64,000 nucleotides of DNA from an uncultured Clostridia bacterium (GCA_963558185.1 CAUWFE010000002.1:24460-88459), one strand, 5' to 3'. Counted from the stretch's first letter, positions 35,747-45,870 are shown. Made by a program: numbers and translations. The notes: generated from the letters alone by a model not told the origin.

Positions 35747-36798
35747 TGAAAAAAGAATTAATTACATTTAAAGATCCAAAATCTCCTATTTCAGAAGTAT
35801 TTAGAACATTAAGAACAAATATTCAATTTATGAATACAAAAAAAGGAATGAAGAGTTTACTAGTAACAAGTACATCACCAGCAGCTGGTAAAAGTTGGGT
35901 AGCAGCAAATTTAGCAGTTGCATTTGCACAAGCAGGTAAAAAAGTTATATTAGTTGATGCAGATATGAGAAAGGGAAGACTATTTTCTATTTTTGAAGTA
36001 TCTCCCACACCAGGACTTTCAAATTTTCTTTCAGGAATTAATTCAAATGGACAAGAAAGTGATGAAAATATATTATCATATGTAAAAACAACTGAAGTAG
36101 ACAATTTATATGTTATTCCAGCAGGAAATATACCACCTAACCCTTCTGAATTATTAGTTTCAGATTTAATGGTAGAAGTTATTGAAAAATTACAAAATGT
36201 GTGTGATTTAGTAATTTTTGACGGAACACCAAGTACAATGGTGGCAGATTCAATAATATTATCACGTTATGTAGATTCAACACTAATTGTAGCAGCATAT
36301 AATGAAACAAAAATTGATGAACTAAAAAAAGTAAAAGAAGATATAAAAAATGTTGGCGGTAAAATTGCTGGAGTTATAATGAACAAAATTCCAGTATCAC
36401 AAAGAAGATATGAAGAAAGATATTATTATCATGGCAATAATACTACAAAAATAGGAATAAAAAGTACTACAGATGCAAAAAATAAAAGAGAAATGGAGCA
36501 ATTGATAATAGAACAAAGAAAGCAAGCAAATAAAGAAAAAGCAAGGCAGATGTTAAAACAGAATAAAGAGCAAAAAACATATACAAAAGCACCAGTGCAA
36601 AAACAGACATCTACTATTCAAGCACAAAAAGAAAAACAAGAAGTAAAAACAAATTCAATATTTAATTTTGAAACAGATGTAACAAATACGGATGTAAAAC
36701 AAAGAATAGAAAAAGAAAATGTAGATGTTCAAAAATTGTTAAAAGAAATGAATGATTATGTATCAAAATCAAAAAATGAGTTAAATAAAGGAGAATAG
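35746..36798 (+). CDS. Protein-tyrosine kinase (CpsD/CapB-type BY-kinase) with a long K/Q/E-rich C-terminal extension
   Basis: Walker A (SPAAGKSWV), Walker A' (VILVDADMRKG), Walker B (LVIFDGTP), and a Tyr cluster (RRYEERYYYH) followed by about 110 extra residues. Confidence 0.85.
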   Translation: MKKELITFKDPKSPISEVFRTLRTNIQFMNTKKGMKSLLVTSTSPAAGKSWVAANLAVAFAQAGKKVILVDADMRKGRLFSIFEVSPTPGLSNFLSGINSNGQESDENILSYVKTTEVDNLYVIPAGNIPPNPSELLVSDLMVEVIEKLQNVCDLVIFDGTPSTMVADSIILSRYVDSTLIVAAYNETKIDELKKVKEDIKNVGGKIAGVIMNKIPVSQRRYEERYYYHGNNTTKIGIKSTTDAKNKREMEQLIIEQRKQANKEKARQMLKQNKEQKTYTKAPVQKQTSTIQAQKEKQEVKTNSIFNFETDVTNTDVKQRIEKENVDVQKLLKEMNDYVSKSKNELNKGE

Positions 36799-36801
36799 TA
36801 A

Positions 36802-37566
36802 ATGATAGATTTTCATTGCCATATTATATATGGAGTAGATGATGGGGCAAAAAGCTTAGAAGAATCTTTAAATATGATAGATGAAGCAAAAAGAGCAGGC
36901 TTTACAGAAATTATATTAACACCACATTATATTTCTGAATATTATGAAACAAATGCAATGGAGATAAAGAAAATATTAGAAGAATTACAACGTTATTGTC
37001 AAAGCAAAGAAATAAAGTTACATCAAGCAAGTGAAATCTATGCATATGAAGATATGGCTTCACTTTTAGAACAAAAGAAAGCATCTAATATTGGAAATAC
37101 AAGATATGTACTTTTTGAATTACCACGAAATAACGAAATTTTAGATATTTCTCCTATGATATATAATTTATTAGAACATAAATATATTCCGGTAATAGCA
37201 CATCCAGAAAGATATTCATATATACAAAAAAATCCGAATAAAGTTATTTCATGGATAGAAGATGGAGCTTTATTACAGGCTAATTTTGCAAGTATTATAG
37301 GTATATATGGAAAAGATGCAAAAAATACACTAATAAAAATGTTAAAACATGATATGATACATTTTTTTGGTACTGACTGCCATAGGCAACAAAGCATTTA
37401 TTTGAAAATGCCAGAGATATTATCAGAACTAAAAAAGGTATTATCTGAAAATGAAATATACAAATTAACAACAAAAAATGCAGAAGAGATATTAAATGGA
37501 AACATTTTAGAAGTACCAGAACCACAAATAATAAAAGAGAGTTTTTTTGGTAAAATTTTTAAATAG
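36802..37566 (+). CDS. PHP-family protein-tyrosine phosphatase (CpsB/YwqE-type)
   Basis: MIDFHCHIIYGVDDGA...PHY...AHPERY...DCH metal-binding motifs. Confidence 0.85.
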   Translation: MIDFHCHIIYGVDDGAKSLEESLNMIDEAKRAGFTEIILTPHYISEYYETNAMEIKKILEELQRYCQSKEIKLHQASEIYAYEDMASLLEQKKASNIGNTRYVLFELPRNNEILDISPMIYNLLEHKYIPVIAHPERYSYIQKNPNKVISWIEDGALLQANFASIIGIYGKDAKNTLIKMLKHDMIHFFGTDCHRQQSIYLKMPEILSELKKVLSENEIYKLTTKNAEEILNGNILEVPEPQIIKESFFGKIFK

Positions 37567-37627
37567 ACCAAAAATAAAAAATCAATAGAAAATTAAAAAT
37601 TTAAAAAATTAGAAAGGAAGTTTTTTA

Positions 37628-38992
37628 ATGAGAAAATACTTTGGAACAGATGGAATAAGAAGAATAGCAAATACTGAGTTAACTCCAGAGTTAGTATATA
37701 AAGTTGCAAAAGCAGGAGCATATGTTTTATCAAAACACACAAATCATACTCCTACAATTTTTATAGGAAGGGACACAAGAATTTCTGGGGGACTTATAGA
37801 AAGTGCAATGACAGCTGGCTTTTTAAGCTATGGAGCAAATGTAAAATTATTAGGGGTTATCCCAACACCAGGTGTTGCATATTTAACTAAAAGATACAAA
37901 GCAGATGCAAGTGTAGTTATTTCAGCATCTCACAATACATATGAATTTAATGGAGTAAAATATTTTAGTAACTTAGGTATGAAAATACCAGATTCATTAG
38001 AAGAAGAAATAGAAGAAATTATGGAATCTGGAAAATTAGATTCTATGACAGCAGTAGGAGATAAAATTGGAACATCAGAAATTTGCACAGATTTATTAGA
38101 AGAATATGTGTACTTTTTCAGAAAGAATTTTGAAGAAGACATTGAAAATTTAGATAAGGAAAATTTTGTAGTAGTAATAGATACTGCAAATGGTGCAACA
38201 TCTAAAGTTGCAGAAGAAGTATTTACAAAATTAGGAATTAAACATCAAATTATTCATAATGAGCCAAATGGTATTAATATTAATGATAATTGTGGTTCAA
38301 CACATTTAAAAACTCTAAAAGATTATGTAGTTAAAAATAAAATGAGCATGGGAATAGCATATGATGGTGATGGAGACAGATGTTTACTAGTAGATGAAAA
38401 CGGTAACGAAATAGATGGAGATGTTATCTTAGCAATAATTTCAAATTACTTAAAAGAAAAAGGAAAACTAGCAAATAATACGCTAGTAGCAACTGTTATG
38501 AGTAATTTAGGACTTAAAAAATATGCAGAAAAAAATGGTATACATTTTGAAGAAACAAAAGTAGGAGACAGATATGTTCTAGAAAATATGATAAAAAATG
38601 GCAACAATCTAGGAGGAGAGCAATCAGGTCATGTTATACTATTAGACTATAATCCTACAGGAGATGGAATACTTACATCTCTAATGATAATTAAGATATT
38701 ATTAGAAAAACATATAACTTTAAAGAAGGCAAGTGAAATAATTACAATTTATCCTCAAGTATTAATCAATGCGAAGGTAAATAGTAATAAAAAATATGAT
38801 TTTGATAAAAATGCTGAAATAAAAGAGGCAATTGAAAAATTAGAAAAAGAATTTTCAGGAAATGGAAGAGTATTAATAAGAGCTTCTGGAACAGAACCTT
38901 TAGTAAGAGTAATGGTAGAAGGAGAAGACAAAGAATACATTACAAAAAAAGCTAAAGAAATTGCTGAATTAATAGAAAATAAATTAAAATAG
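37628..38992 (+). CDS. glmM: Phosphoglucosamine mutase
   Basis: YFGTDGIR, active-site SASHN, Mg-binding DGDGDR, GEQSGH. Confidence 0.9.
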   Translation: MRKYFGTDGIRRIANTELTPELVYKVAKAGAYVLSKHTNHTPTIFIGRDTRISGGLIESAMTAGFLSYGANVKLLGVIPTPGVAYLTKRYKADASVVISASHNTYEFNGVKYFSNLGMKIPDSLEEEIEEIMESGKLDSMTAVGDKIGTSEICTDLLEEYVYFFRKNFEEDIENLDKENFVVVIDTANGATSKVAEEVFTKLGIKHQIIHNEPNGININDNCGSTHLKTLKDYVVKNKMSMGIAYDGDGDRCLLVDENGNEIDGDVILAIISNYLKEKGKLANNTLVATVMSNLGLKKYAEKNGIHFEETKVGDRYVLENMIKNGNNLGGEQSGHVILLDYNPTGDGILTSLMIIKILLEKHITLKKASEIITIYPQVLINAKVNSNKKYDFDKNAEIKEAIEKLEKEFSGNGRVLIRASGTEPLVRVMVEGEDKEYITKKAKEIAELIENKLK

Positions 38993-39021
38993 ATAGTATG
39001 TAAGTTTAAAAATCTAATTTT

Positions 39022-39052
39022 ATGAGACTGCTGAAAAGTGGTCTCATTTAAT
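39022..39052 (+). terminator. Intrinsic terminator after glmM
   Basis: Stem ATGAGAC/GTCTCAT followed by a T-rich tail. Confidence 0.6.
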
Positions 39053-39079
39053 ATATAATAGAACTTGGAGGAATAATAA

Positions 39080-40207
39080 ATGAGAGATATAAGAATAGAA
39101 AAATTAGCAAAAAATTTATTAACACATTCTGTTAAACTTAAAAAAGATGAGAAAATATTAATAGAAATTATTGGATTAGACGGAATTCCATTAGGAAAAG
39201 AGTTGATAAAACAAGCTGAAAAAATAGGAGCTTATCCATGTTTTAATATAATAGATTATAAAATAATGAGAGAAATGGTTATGAATGCATCGGAAGAACA
39301 AATAAAACAATATGCTAAATATGATTTAAAAAGAATGCAAGAAATGGATGCATATATTGGAATAAGAGCGGGAGAAAATACAGCAGAATTAAATGGAATA
39401 TCAGAAGAAAAAATGGAATTATATAATAAATATTATACATTACCAGTACATTTTGAAGAAAGGGTAAAAAACACAAAATGGTGTATATTAAGATATCCTA
39501 ATGCTTCAATGGCACAAATGAGTAATATGAGTACAGAAGAATTTGAAGACTTCTATTTTAGAGTATGCACACTTGATTATGAAAAGATGTCAAAAGCAAT
39601 GGATAATTTAGTTGATTTAATGAATAGAACAAAAAATGTTCATATAATAGGAGAAGGAACAGATTTAAAATTTAGTATAGAGAAAATACCAGCAGAAAAA
39701 TATATGGGAACATTCAATATACCAGATGGAGAAGTTGCAACTGCACCAGTAAAAGATAGTGTTAATGGATATATAACATATAATACAGAAACAAGATATA
39801 ATGGAATATTATTTAATAATATAAGATTAGAATTTAAAGATGGAAAAATAATAAAAGCAACATCAAATAAAACAAAAGAACTTAATAAAATACTTGATAC
39901 TGATGAAGGAAGTAGATATATTGGTGAGTTTGCTTTGGGAGTAAATCCATATATAGAAAAACCAATAGGAGATACGTTATTTGACGAAAAGATAAAAGGA
40001 AGTTTTCATTTTACACCAGGTGATAGTTTAGAAGAAAGTGACAATGGTAATCGTTCTAGTATTCATTGGGATATAGTAAATATACAAACATCAGAATATG
40101 GTGGTGGAGAAATTTGGTTTGATGATGTATTAGTAAGAAAAGATGGAATATTTATTTTAGAAGAATTAAAAGCATTAAATCCAGAAAATTTGATGGAAAA
40201 TATATAG
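39080..40207 (+). CDS. Aminopeptidase, M29 family (AmpS/PepS-like)
   Basis: The N-terminus (IEKLAKNLLTHSVKLKKDEKILIE) and C-terminal motifs (GEFALGVNP, HFTPG, IHWDIV) are typical of M29. Confidence 0.8.
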   Translation: MRDIRIEKLAKNLLTHSVKLKKDEKILIEIIGLDGIPLGKELIKQAEKIGAYPCFNIIDYKIMREMVMNASEEQIKQYAKYDLKRMQEMDAYIGIRAGENTAELNGISEEKMELYNKYYTLPVHFEERVKNTKWCILRYPNASMAQMSNMSTEEFEDFYFRVCTLDYEKMSKAMDNLVDLMNRTKNVHIIGEGTDLKFSIEKIPAEKYMGTFNIPDGEVATAPVKDSVNGYITYNTETRYNGILFNNIRLEFKDGKIIKATSNKTKELNKILDTDEGSRYIGEFALGVNPYIEKPIGDTLFDEKIKGSFHFTPGDSLEESDNGNRSSIHWDIVNIQTSEYGGGEIWFDDVLVRKDGIFILEELKALNPENLMENI

Positions 40208-40239
40208 AAACTATTAATTGTGAAAATTGCTATTTATGT

Positions 40240-40605
40240 AAAAATTACAAAGGTTCAAATTCCAATGTCAAGATTTTGAAAGTATTAAATTAGATAAAAA
40301 TAGTTTATTAGTAGCTAATTTTAGTATTCCATTCTGTAATAAAAATTACTTTGAAGAACTTTGGAATGAAATATCTAATAGCATTTTAAAAGAGCGGTTA
40401 CTTTGTTGGTAATTTTTTTGGAATAAATGATTCATGGGTAAAAATAAAAAACAAAATGGTATTTTTAACAAAAGAGCAAGTATTAGAATTATTTAGAGAA
40501 TTATTTGAAATAATAGAATTCAAAGAAATTGAAAAAGATGACAAGACAGGCTTAGGCAAAATTAAACATTGGCATATATACAATGTAATAGCAAAGAAAA
40601 AATAA
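40240..40605 (+). pseudogene. Remnant of a class I SAM-dependent methyltransferase (5'-truncated and frameshifted)
   Basis: One frame reads ...QDFESIKLDKNSLLVANFSIPFCNKNYFEELWNEISNSILKER. After a +1 shift near 40390 the reading continues GYFVGNFFGINDSWVKIKNKMVFLTKEQVLELF...KIKHWHIYNVIAKKK*. The N-terminal SAM-binding part is missing. Confidence 0.5.
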
Positions 40606-40734
40606 TAAAAATATAGACAAACATTTATTCTTGTTATATAATAAGTTCAATAGTTCAAAAGTAACAAAAAATTAATTTTATATATAAGAATAAATATAAT
40701 AAGAACTAAATTTTTATATAAAGGATGTGTTCTT

Positions 40735-41682
40735 ATGAACGAAAAGAAAAATGAAATTATTTTATTTGAAAACCAAGGAGTAAAATTAGAAGTAAACTTA
40801 AAAGATGAAACAGTGTGGCTTACACAAGAACAAATGTCAAAATTATTTGGAAAGGCAAAATCTACTATAAATGAACACATAAAGAATATATATAAAGAGG
40901 AAGAATTAGTGGAAAAGGAAACAATGACTAAATTCGGAAAATCCGAATTTGCTGATAAACCAACTAATTATTATAATTTAGATATGATTATATCTGTTGG
41001 ATATCGTGTAAAATCACAAAATGGTATATTATTTAGAAAGTGGGCTACTAAAGTATTAAAAGATTATATGTTAAAAGGATATGCAGTAAATCAAAAAAGA
41101 TTAGAATATTTAGAAAAAACAATAAAGTTAATAGATATTGCTAATAGAATAGATGATAGATTGGAAAATAATGATGCAAAGGAAATACTAAAAGTAATTG
41201 GGGAATATTCAAAAGCATTAGATTTACTAGATGATTATGACCATAAGACATTAAAGAAAGTTAATGGAAATTTAGACGAAAGAAAAATTGAATATAGTAA
41301 ATGCATAGAGATTATAAATAAGCTTAGATTTAATGAAGAAAGTTCATTATTTGCAGTTGAAAGAGACAAAGGACTAGAATCTATAATAGGAAATATTTAT
41401 CAAAGTTTTGATGGACAAGATATATATAAGAGTGTAGAAGAAAAAGGTGCCAACTTTTTATATTTAATAGTTAAAAATCATGTTTTTGCAGATGGAAATA
41501 AAAGAATTGCAGCAACTTTATTTATTTACTTTTTGAATTTTTATGGTATTTTATATAAAGATGGAATGCAAACAATAGACAATAATACATTAACAGCTTT
41601 AACACTATTAATAGCAGAATCAAACCCAAAAGAAAAAGACGTAATTATTGATTTAATTATGAACTTTTTAAATAACGAGTAA
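40735..41682 (+). CDS. RhuM-family N-terminal domain fused to a Fic/Doc-family domain
   Basis: RhuM pattern (YYNLDMIISVGYRVKSQNGILFRKWATKVLKDYMLKGY). The C-terminal motif is HVFADGNKRIAA, which is the Doc-type HxFxDGNKR. Confidence 0.8.
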   Translation: MNEKKNEIILFENQGVKLEVNLKDETVWLTQEQMSKLFGKAKSTINEHIKNIYKEEELVEKETMTKFGKSEFADKPTNYYNLDMIISVGYRVKSQNGILFRKWATKVLKDYMLKGYAVNQKRLEYLEKTIKLIDIANRIDDRLENNDAKEILKVIGEYSKALDLLDDYDHKTLKKVNGNLDERKIEYSKCIEIINKLRFNEESSLFAVERDKGLESIIGNIYQSFDGQDIYKSVEEKGANFLYLIVKNHVFADGNKRIAATLFIYFLNFYGILYKDGMQTIDNNTLTALTLLIAESNPKEKDVIIDLIMNFLNNE

Positions 41683-41829
41683 CTAATATTCAATGAAGAT
41701 TTATAAAAAAAGTAAATGAAAATTAACTATTAAAGAAATATAACTTCAACTAATTTAAAAATAATAAAATTAAATCACCATTTTTCATATAATTCATAAA
41801 ATATACAAAATGAAGGAGGCGTTTTTTAT

Positions 41830-42519
41830 ATGGATTATGAAATTATGATGAATGGTACAGTAAGAATTGGAATGTTTGCTCCAGATTTTGAAGCAGAAAC
41901 AACAATGGGAAAAGTATGTTTAAATGACTATAAAGGAAAATGGCTTATACTATTTTCACATCCAGGAGATTTTACCCCCGTATGCACAACTGAGATTATT
42001 GCCTTTTCACGAGCAAATACATATTTTGAAAAATTAAATTGTGCACTATTAGGTTTAAGTGTAGATAGTAATAGTTCACATTTAGCATGGCTATATGATA
42101 TTTATTGCAAAACTGGTATACGTGTACCATTTCCAATTATATCAGATAGAAATGGTATAATTGCTAGAAAATATGGAATGATAGCAAGCGAAACTAGTAC
42201 AACTGAAACAGTAAGAAATGTATTTATAATAGATGATAAAGGAATTGTAAGACTTATTCTAGTATACCCAATGGATGTTGGAAGGTCAATATATGAAATA
42301 GCTAGAAGCTTAGAGGCACTTCAAACAGCAGATAGATGTAAAGGAATGATGCCAGCAAACTGGTGCCCAAAAGATCCTATGATTATGCCAATGCCACAAA
42401 CATTAGCACAATTAGAACAACGAAATAATGAAATTCAAGCTAAAAGAAATGGAATGAGTTGGTATTTGAGTTTTCAAAATTGCATGAATCGTATAGAAAA
42501 CAAAAAAGAAGACAAATAA
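41830..42519 (+). CDS. Peroxiredoxin (1-Cys/Prx6-like, AhpC/TSA family)
   Basis: FSHPGDFTPVCTTE active-site motif. Length about 229 aa. Confidence 0.85.
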   Translation: MDYEIMMNGTVRIGMFAPDFEAETTMGKVCLNDYKGKWLILFSHPGDFTPVCTTEIIAFSRANTYFEKLNCALLGLSVDSNSSHLAWLYDIYCKTGIRVPFPIISDRNGIIARKYGMIASETSTTETVRNVFIIDDKGIVRLILVYPMDVGRSIYEIARSLEALQTADRCKGMMPANWCPKDPMIMPMPQTLAQLEQRNNEIQAKRNGMSWYLSFQNCMNRIENKKEDK

Positions 42520-42591
42520 TATAAAATACGAGTATTTTTAAGGAAAAAAGACCATACTATATATATTAAATATAAAGAAAAGAGGGATAGT

Positions 42592-42756
42592 ATGGATAAA
42601 AATCAAAGAATTAATTGCACGGTAGGTTCATGTAAATATAATAATAAAGACCGTCAAGAATGCAGTTTAGAACAAATAATTGTAACACCAGTAGAAAACT
42701 GTGATACAAAACAAGCAGATGAATCAATGTGTAGTAGCTACAAAAAGTGTAGATAA
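42592..42756 (+). CDS. DUF1540-like small Cys-rich protein (54 aa; below the ORF-track cutoff)
   Basis: MDKNQRINCTVGSCKYNNKDRQECSLEQIIVTPVENCDTKQADESMCSSYKKCR. RBS AGAGGGA upstream, and a terminator follows. Confidence 0.6.
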   Translation: MDKNQRINCTVGSCKYNNKDRQECSLEQIIVTPVENCDTKQADESMCSSYKKCR

Positions 42757-42765
42757 AATTATGGT

Positions 42766-42823
42766 ATGTCTAAGATTTTCTATCAAAAGTAAATTTTAAG
42801 AAAATCTTAGGCATACTTTTTTT
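42766..42823 (+). terminator. Intrinsic terminator
   Basis: Stem ATGTCTAAGATTTTC / GAAAATCTTAGGCAT followed by ACTTTTTTT. Confidence 0.7.
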
Positions 42824-42879
42824 GAATATGTATATTTGAAATTAAGTTGAAAATACACATAAAAAACAAATTAATATTA

Positions 42880-43008
42880 AAAAGTTCTTTGAAAAATGTG
42901 CAAATACACACTAAAAGTCGTTAGAAAAATGTGATAGAATATGCAAAAGTCGTTAAAAAAATGTGTAAGTTCATGTAAAAGTCATTTGAAATTTGTGTAA
43001 AACTATGA
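42880..43008. repeat. Four imperfect tandem repeats of about 32 bp (AAAAGTCnTTnGAAAAATGTG...)
   Basis: Units start at 42880, 42913, 42945 and 42977. The last one overlaps a promoter: TTGAAA, 17 nt, TATACT with TGn. Confidence 0.75.
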
Positions 43009-43046
43009 TATACTATATATAAATATATTATGAGGAGTGTGAGCAT

Positions 43047-44351
43047 ATGTACAGACAAAAAATGCAAGAATTAGTAGAATGGAAAAGATCACCTAATAGA
43101 AAACCATTAATTATTAGAGGTGCAAGGCAAGTTGGTAAAACATGGTTAATGAAAGAATTTGGAAAAGAGTATTATGAGAAATGTGCATATATAAATTTTG
43201 ATGACAATACAAGAATGAATAAACTTTTTGATGGAGATTTTGATTTAAATAAAATAATACAAGGACTAAAAATAGAATCAGGTGTCAATATTGAACCAGA
43301 AAATACATTAATAATTTTAGACGAGATCCAAGAAACACCTAAAGCATTAAAAGCATTAAAATATTTTTGTGAAAATGCTAGAGAATACCATATAATATCA
43401 GCAGGTTCTCTATTAGGTGTTGCAATACATGGAGGTACTTCTTTTCCAGTTGGAAAGGTTGATTTTTTAGATTTAATGCCTTTGAGTTTTTTTGAATTTT
43501 TAGAAGCATTAGATAAAAAAGAATTACTACAATTATTAAAAAATAATGATTTTGATATGATCAATATATTCGATGCCAAACTAAAAGAACTACTAAAGCT
43601 TTATTATTATATTGGGGGAATGCCAGAAGTAGTAAGTTCTTATATAGAAAATGAAGATTTATTAAAAGTTCGTAAAATACAAAAAACATTACTATCAGAT
43701 TATGAACAAGATTTTTCTAAACATGCTCCTAGCAACATAGTTCCAAGAATTAGACAGTTATGGAATAATATACCTACACAACTTGCAAAGGAAAATAAAA
43801 AATTTATTTATGGTTTAGTAAGAGAAGGTGCAAGAGCGAGAGAATATGAAATAGCATTATCATGGTTAATAGATTGTGGACTTATATATCAGGTAAATAG
43901 AGTAAATAATAGTAAAGTTCCATTATCCGCATATCAAGATTTTAATGCTTTCAAATTATATATATTAGATGTTGGATTATTAGGTGCTATGGCTGGAATT
44001 GATGCAAGAACTTTAATAGAAGGAAACGATATATTTGAAGAATTTAAAGGAAGTTTAACAGAACAATATGTGCTATGTCAACTAAAACAATGTACAGAAT
44101 TAGATATATTCTATTGGTCATCTAATACTGGAACAGCTGAATTAGATTTTATTACACAAATAGGAAGAAAAAATGTTCCAATAGAGGTAAAAGCAAGTGA
44201 AAATTCACAAGCTAAAAGTTTAAAATCATTTATGCAAAAATATCATACAGATATTAATGTAAGAACCTCAATGGCTTCTTACAAAGAAGAAGAGAGAATT
44301 ATAAACATACCATTATATAGTATAGGTAATATAGAAACAATAATTAATTAA
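43047..44351 (+). CDS. AAA-family ATPase with a DUF4143-type C-terminus
   Basis: Walker A GARQVGKT and Walker B LIILDEIQ. The architecture is typical of AAA_14 plus DUF4143 proteins. Confidence 0.75.
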   Translation: MYRQKMQELVEWKRSPNRKPLIIRGARQVGKTWLMKEFGKEYYEKCAYINFDDNTRMNKLFDGDFDLNKIIQGLKIESGVNIEPENTLIILDEIQETPKALKALKYFCENAREYHIISAGSLLGVAIHGGTSFPVGKVDFLDLMPLSFFEFLEALDKKELLQLLKNNDFDMINIFDAKLKELLKLYYYIGGMPEVVSSYIENEDLLKVRKIQKTLLSDYEQDFSKHAPSNIVPRIRQLWNNIPTQLAKENKKFIYGLVREGARAREYEIALSWLIDCGLIYQVNRVNNSKVPLSAYQDFNAFKLYILDVGLLGAMAGIDARTLIEGNDIFEEFKGSLTEQYVLCQLKQCTELDIFYWSSNTGTAELDFITQIGRKNVPIEVKASENSQAKSLKSFMQKYHTDINVRTSMASYKEEERIINIPLYSIGNIETIIN

Positions 44352-44566
44352 TTTAACTAAAGAACAAAAGAGGCATGATTAATATGTTTTAACATAGTTA
44401 ATAATTTTTCATGCCTAGTTTTTGATTGCCCGCCAAATTTTATGAAATAAAATTTGCGTGTAATGTTTAGCAAAAAAATAATAAAAATTACAAAAAACTA
44501 TTTCTTTTATACCTAATTATGTGATAGAATAAGAGACGAAAAAATAATGTAAGGAGTGTGTAAAAA

Positions 44567-45274
44567 GTGCCTGAAATAAAATATAAAAGAGTTTTACTTA
44601 AACTAAGTGGTGAAGCACTTGCAGGAAAGCAAAGTACAGGAGTTGACGCTGAAACTATTGGAAAAATTTGCGACAAAATAAAAGAAATTGTAGACTTAGG
44701 AGTAGAAGTTGCAATAGTCGTAGGTGGAGGAAACTTTTGGAGAGGTAGAAATGGACATCAAATGGATAGGTCAACAGCAGATTATATGGGAATGCTTGCA
44801 ACAGCAATGAATGGATTAGCATTGCAAGATGCATTAGAAGCAAGAGGAGTATTTTCAAGAGTACAAACAGCAATAGAAATGCGAGAAATTGCAGAACCAT
44901 TTATTGTAAGAAAAGCAGAAAAGCATTTACAAAAAGGAAGAGTAGTAATATTTGCTTGTGGAACTGGTCATCCATATTTCACAACAGATACAGCAGCAGT
45001 ATTAAGAGCAATAGAAATAAATGCAGAAATTATATTATTAGGAAAATCAATAGATGGAGTATATTCTGCAGATCCAAAAATAGACAAAAATGCAATAAAA
45101 TATGATGAAATTTCATATTTAGATGTATTAAATAAAGACTTAAAAGTAATGGACTCAACAGCAACAGCAATGTGTAGAGATAATAAATTACCTTTACTTG
45201 TTTTTGGAATTGAAGATGCTGAAAATATAGTAAGAGCAATTAAAGGTGAAAAAATAGGTACAATTGTAAAATAA
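44567..45274 (+). CDS. pyrH: UMP kinase
   Basis: [25 protein letters not shown] start after AAGGAG. Confidence 0.9.
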   Translation: MPEIKYKRVLLKLSGEALAGKQSTGVDAETIGKICDKIKEIVDLGVEVAIVVGGGNFWRGRNGHQMDRSTADYMGMLATAMNGLALQDALEARGVFSRVQTAIEMREIAEPFIVRKAEKHLQKGRVVIFACGTGHPYFTTDTAAVLRAIEINAEIILLGKSIDGVYSADPKIDKNAIKYDEISYLDVLNKDLKVMDSTATAMCRDNKLPLLVFGIEDAENIVRAIKGEKIGTIVK

Positions 45275-45302
45275 ATAATAATTTTGAAAAGGAGAGAATA
45301 TA

Positions 45303-45851
45303 ATGGATTATACAAATATTGAAGAAAAAATGAATAAAACAATTAGTGTGTTAGAAGAAAAATTATCAGAGGTAAGAGCAGGGAGAGCGAACCCAGCAAT
45401 TTTAAATAAAATAATGGTAGAATATTATGGAACACCAACACCAATTAACCAAGTAGCTGGAATTTCTGTTCCAGAAGCAAGACTAATAGTAATTCAACCA
45501 TGGGATATGAGTGTATTAAAAGATATAGAAAGAGCAATATTAGCATCAGATATAGGAATTACACCAAACAATGATGGTAAAGTAATTAGATTAGCTTTTC
45601 CAGAATTAAATGAAGAAAGAAGAAAAGAATTAGTAAAAGAAATTCGTAAAACAGTAGAAGAAACAAAAGTTGCTATAAGAAGTGTAAGACGTGATGGAAT
45701 AGATGAATTTAGAAAAAAACAAAAAGATTCAGAAATTACAGAAGATGAATTAAAAATGGCAGAAAATGAAATTCAAAAAATTACAGATAAAAAAATATTA
45801 GAAGTTGATGGAATCCTAGAAAAGAAAGAAAAAGAAATTATGACAGTATAA
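45303..45851 (+). CDS. frr: Ribosome recycling factor
   Basis: Typical RRF sequence (VRAGRANPAILNKIMVEYYGTPTPINQVA) and size. Confidence 0.9.
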   Translation: MDYTNIEEKMNKTISVLEEKLSEVRAGRANPAILNKIMVEYYGTPTPINQVAGISVPEARLIVIQPWDMSVLKDIERAILASDIGITPNNDGKVIRLAFPELNEERRKELVKEIRKTVEETKVAIRSVRRDGIDEFRKKQKDSEITEDELKMAENEIQKITDKKILEVDGILEKKEKEIMTV

Positions 45852-45870
45852 TAAAAAGAAAGGATAAGAT

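Noticed and set aside
42880-43008. The 32-bp repeats as a small CRISPR array.
   Set aside because: The units are directly adjacent and degenerate, with no intervening unique spacers, no cas genes and no palindromic repeat core. They overlap a promoter, so regulatory iterons fit better.
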